Assembly: GCA_038087875.1 (NCBI GenBank)
Contig: CM075988.1
Coordinates: 10,294,001 to 10,358,000 of the forward strand
DNA length: 64,000 nucleotides
Reading direction: 5' to 3'
Source of the DNA: Malacoraja senta
Taxonomy: Eukaryota
A program made the position numbers and the translations under genes. The notes under the pieces are model-generated. The model was not told the DNA's origin. It made no database searches and was given only the letters and a program-made list of their open reading frames with translations. Positions 60,551 through 64,000 of this stretch are shown piece by piece (within the stretch, counting starts at the first letter, position 1; each line of letters opens with the position of its first letter).

Positions 60551-63500
60551 ACTTTACCTTCATCCTGATGGTAGGAGGGAATGGAAGCGTGGCCAAAGTG
60601 GTTTGGTACTGAACTTTCTAGTTTGGTTGAAATGAATCGTTATTCCAATCTAAGGAACTAATTGTCTCAGTGGTTAAAAACCCCAAATAAAATCATGGTT
60701 AATAAAGATGAGAACATTTAGAAAATACGTAACGTCCTGGAAGGAGAGCTGTAGTCGAAAAGTCAGAACAATACTGCTATCTTTTGATGAATGTGGCAAG
60801 TAATCCTATTTTTTGTGAAACATTCTCTTAGCTAACTACATGATGTATGAATAATGCATGCATTATTACAGTCACAGATGGAAATGGATTATCAAAGAGG
60901 ATTTTTATTTTCTTTGAACGTTGCACCCTAAGTACATTTTATTCTTTGCCGAGAGGCTGAGGTCAAAACAATGCACTTAATTTTATTCAGGTAAAGTCTC
61001 ATCCTTGACCCACATACAAGAAGTAATATTTTTATATTTTAAGTTGATTTTATTTCGAATGAAAATCAAATCATTCCAAGAGTGGGGAAATGGAGAGCAA
61101 ATTGGACTAAAACATCAGCAATATTGTCTGGCATATCATATTGAAATGATAAGTTTTAGTCAAAATCATACATCAGAGAAGCAAGCTCATGAACCCACCA
61201 TGTCGACCATTAAGAAACCATCTATACCAATTCTATTTACCAGAACTTGGTCTGTAGCCTTCTATACCATGATGTTCTATGTTTTTGCTATAATCTTTAT
61301 GAATTGAGTTTATGCAGCTCAACCCATATCAGGGCAGAGACTTCCGTCTGAATTTTCATCCTACTGTTCACATTTTTCTCATGATAAAAGTCAAAAATGG
61401 ACCATTTGACTTCCCGGAGACAAAGTCAAAGTAATGACTTGTGTTTGACTCTGAAGTACATTCATTTCAGCATTGACTATTTAGGTATAAACCTACATTG
61501 AAAAATGTTAAGAGGGACAGGAGAGGAGACGTGCAATGAATAAACCACAAAGTGGCAGAGTAACTCAGCCAGTCAAGAAGCATCTCTGGAGGACATTAAT
61601 CTCTGGAGATGCTGACTGTACCTGCTCAGTTATTCCAGCACTTTTGGTTTTTTTTCAAACATTTAAAACAGAAATATGTTTCTCAAACAAATACCACGAG
61701 TAATATGATGACATTATTCGTGGTGTTATGTTCCTGTACTTTATATATAACTCCCATGGCATTTATTTCTCTCAGTTGTTACACCAAGGCAACACACCAT
61801 ATTGAACATATCCATCAGTCTGAAGAAGGGTCCTGATCCGAAACATCACCTGTCCGTTCCCTCCACCGATGCGACCTTACCTATTGAGTTCCTTCAGCAC
61901 TTACTTCTTTGCTCCAAGGTTCCCATATTTTTTTGTTTTTTCTTTCGAAGTGAGTATATTGTGAATAGCTGATAGATCATTCATGGCACTGTTTACAGAG
62001 TCAAAACATAAATTAAAGTTGTGATTATTGTTGACTTACATTGATTGAATTAAGATAGACGCAAGAAGCTGGAGTAACTCAGCGGGAGAGGCAGCATCTG
62101 TGAAGAGAAGGAATGGGTGACGTTTCGGGTCCAGACTCTTCTTCAGACACTTTTACTATAGATTGTGCAAGGATCATTCTGTATATTTTATTCATTTTAC
62201 TTGACCTTCTTCTGGACTTCTTCATCTATATATTCAAATATCGTTTTACCTATATTAAAATACAGAATACTTACCAAGATATTTTTGCTTGAAGCCAACA
62301 GTATCCTGCAATGAATTGCCCAAGATAGAAAACTCCAGTATTCCAGCCCTACAAGATAAGAGGTTTCTCCTCAGTCTGTAATTTGTTAATGGTGCCACCT
62401 GTGGTTTCATGCTTCCATCCATCAATTCTCTTCAATTTACCTTTCCTAACTTCAACCCTGTTCAGTTGTTTATTCTAGGCGATCAGATTTCATGAGTGAC
62501 CAATGTGGAATAAAATAATTCATGCCCTCAATTGTTTCATGCCCTCATGATATCATTGAGTAATCCAGTGAAGAATTACAATTACATTATTGTCTTATCC
62601 TGGTCATCCCTCACACTGACGTGCTGAATGCACCCCCAAAAGACTGCAGAATCATCAGTTGCTTCCGTTGTAACCTTCAGAGAACAAAAGAATGCTGGAG
62701 GCAAAAGTGAAAACTTTTTTAATGCATAATGCAGTGTATCAGTTTCATTTTAAATCCCATTTCGATAAAACACTTCAGGGAACATCTATCCTCCAGTTGC
62801 ACATCATTAAAATTCCTGTAAACAATGAGGAATTGATTTTTATGAAAGCAGTGATGTAGTTTTCAGCACACTAAAAATTGTCTTGCTGGCAGTTTACATA
62901 TGTAAACTACTTGCTACTCAATTTTTGCAACAACGAATAATAGTGTGTGAAATTGTTCTTTGTGTCTAACGTTCACGATAATAAGAAATACTTTGTGCTT
63001 TCTTGCCCTCCTCTCTGAAGTTGACTCAAAATAAATCCATTGTTCGCAAGAATCCAGATAGGACGCCCATTTGTCTCCATACATTGTTACTGTCACTCCT
63101 GTGGAGACTGTAATCTTATTCTGATGTCTGTGTTCATTCCCTCTGCCAAACATCATTTGGAATTCATCCACGGAGAGTTGAAAGCAGCGATCTTCATCAT
63201 TCCGCAGAGGGATGAAATGTTCAGGCCTGCCCCATTTCACAAATGGATTAGAGTCAGAGCTTCAGTGCCTGAAATAAACCCCAGGAACATTTCCAATCCA
63301 AACTCCACTTTAGAATAATAATCATGCTTTTTAAAGAAAGGGCTTCAGGATAAGGAATAGTCTCGGTATTATTTTAAATTCTTCCCAGGCAATCTCCTGG
63401 AATTCAGGATAATTCCCTTCCATTTCAGTTTTGTGGGTTCTGAGATACCTGATGTGGAGACAACAGAGTCATTCACAGATGGGGCAGGAGGTGGCTGATG

Positions 63501-63574
63501 TGGATGGCTGGGGGGGTAGATTGTGGGGTAGTGCGCTCCTTTCACCAATTAAGCAGGACAGTACATGACGTCAA

Positions 63575-63960
63575 GTCATGGAGTCATAGAGTGATTCAGT
63601 GTGCAAACAGACCATTCAGCCCAACTTGCCCACACCGGCCAGCTATACTAGTCCCACCTGCCCACGTTTGGTCCATATCCCTCCAAACCTGCCCTTTTCA
63701 TGTACCTGTCTAACTATTTCTTAAACGTTGTGATAGACCCGGCCTCAACTACCTCCTCTGGCAGCTTGTTCCATACACCCACCACCCTTTGTCTGAAAAA
63801 GTTACCCCTCAGATTCCTATTAAATGTTTTCCTCTTCACCTTAAACCTATGTCCTCTGGTCCTCGATTCACCTACTCTGGACTAGAGATTCTGTGCATCG
63901 ACCCGATCTATTCCTCTCATGATTTTATACACCTCTATAAGATCACCCCTCATCCTCCTA
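63575..63960 (-). mobile_element. CR1 3' fragment, antisense
   Basis: Reverse complement of the CR1 C-terminus and 3' UTR motifs. Confidence 0.75.
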
Positions 63961-64000
63961 GGTTCCCAATATCATCCTATATATTCCTTCTCCACTTCGA

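Noticed and set aside
62275..62350. Small minus-strand exon (AG...G|GTAAGT)
   Set aside because: Splice-like signals are present, but no frame gives a recognisable peptide.
62914..63318. ORFs 62914..63240(-) and 63040..63318(+)
   Set aside because: Neither starts at ATG, no motifs are recognisable, and both are compatible with chance.

Overview
Repeat-dominated vertebrate DNA, most likely a cartilaginous fish (skate/ray). This is inferred from the HE1/Ras1-like V-SINEs, CR1 LINEs and Penelope-type short repeats. No host gene could be confidently annotated, and there is an assembly gap at 19765-19964. The window holds CR1 LINEs, an apparently intact full-length L1-clade element, truncated L1, Vingi-like and Rex1/Babar pieces, a non-autonomous Helitron, Harbinger-type MITEs, two solo LTRs and many SINEs. 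The standout is a 5.5-kb non-autonomous Gypsy-type LTR element (52812-58274, minus strand) with 160-bp LTRs, a 5-bp TSD, a tRNA-Ser(GCT) PBS and a PPT but no pol. Its Gag N-terminus is fused in one reading frame to a heptad repeat, a long run of ASPM-like IQ motifs and an intron-less TLK2-like coiled-coil region, so it has apparently captured two host cell-cycle genes. Other observations: two independent L1s inserted at the same homologous nucleotide of the same SINE family, a duplicated structured module in the L1 inter-ORF region, and many minimal hammerhead-like motifs including a tandem triplet. All homology calls come from recognising motifs by eye; no database search was run.
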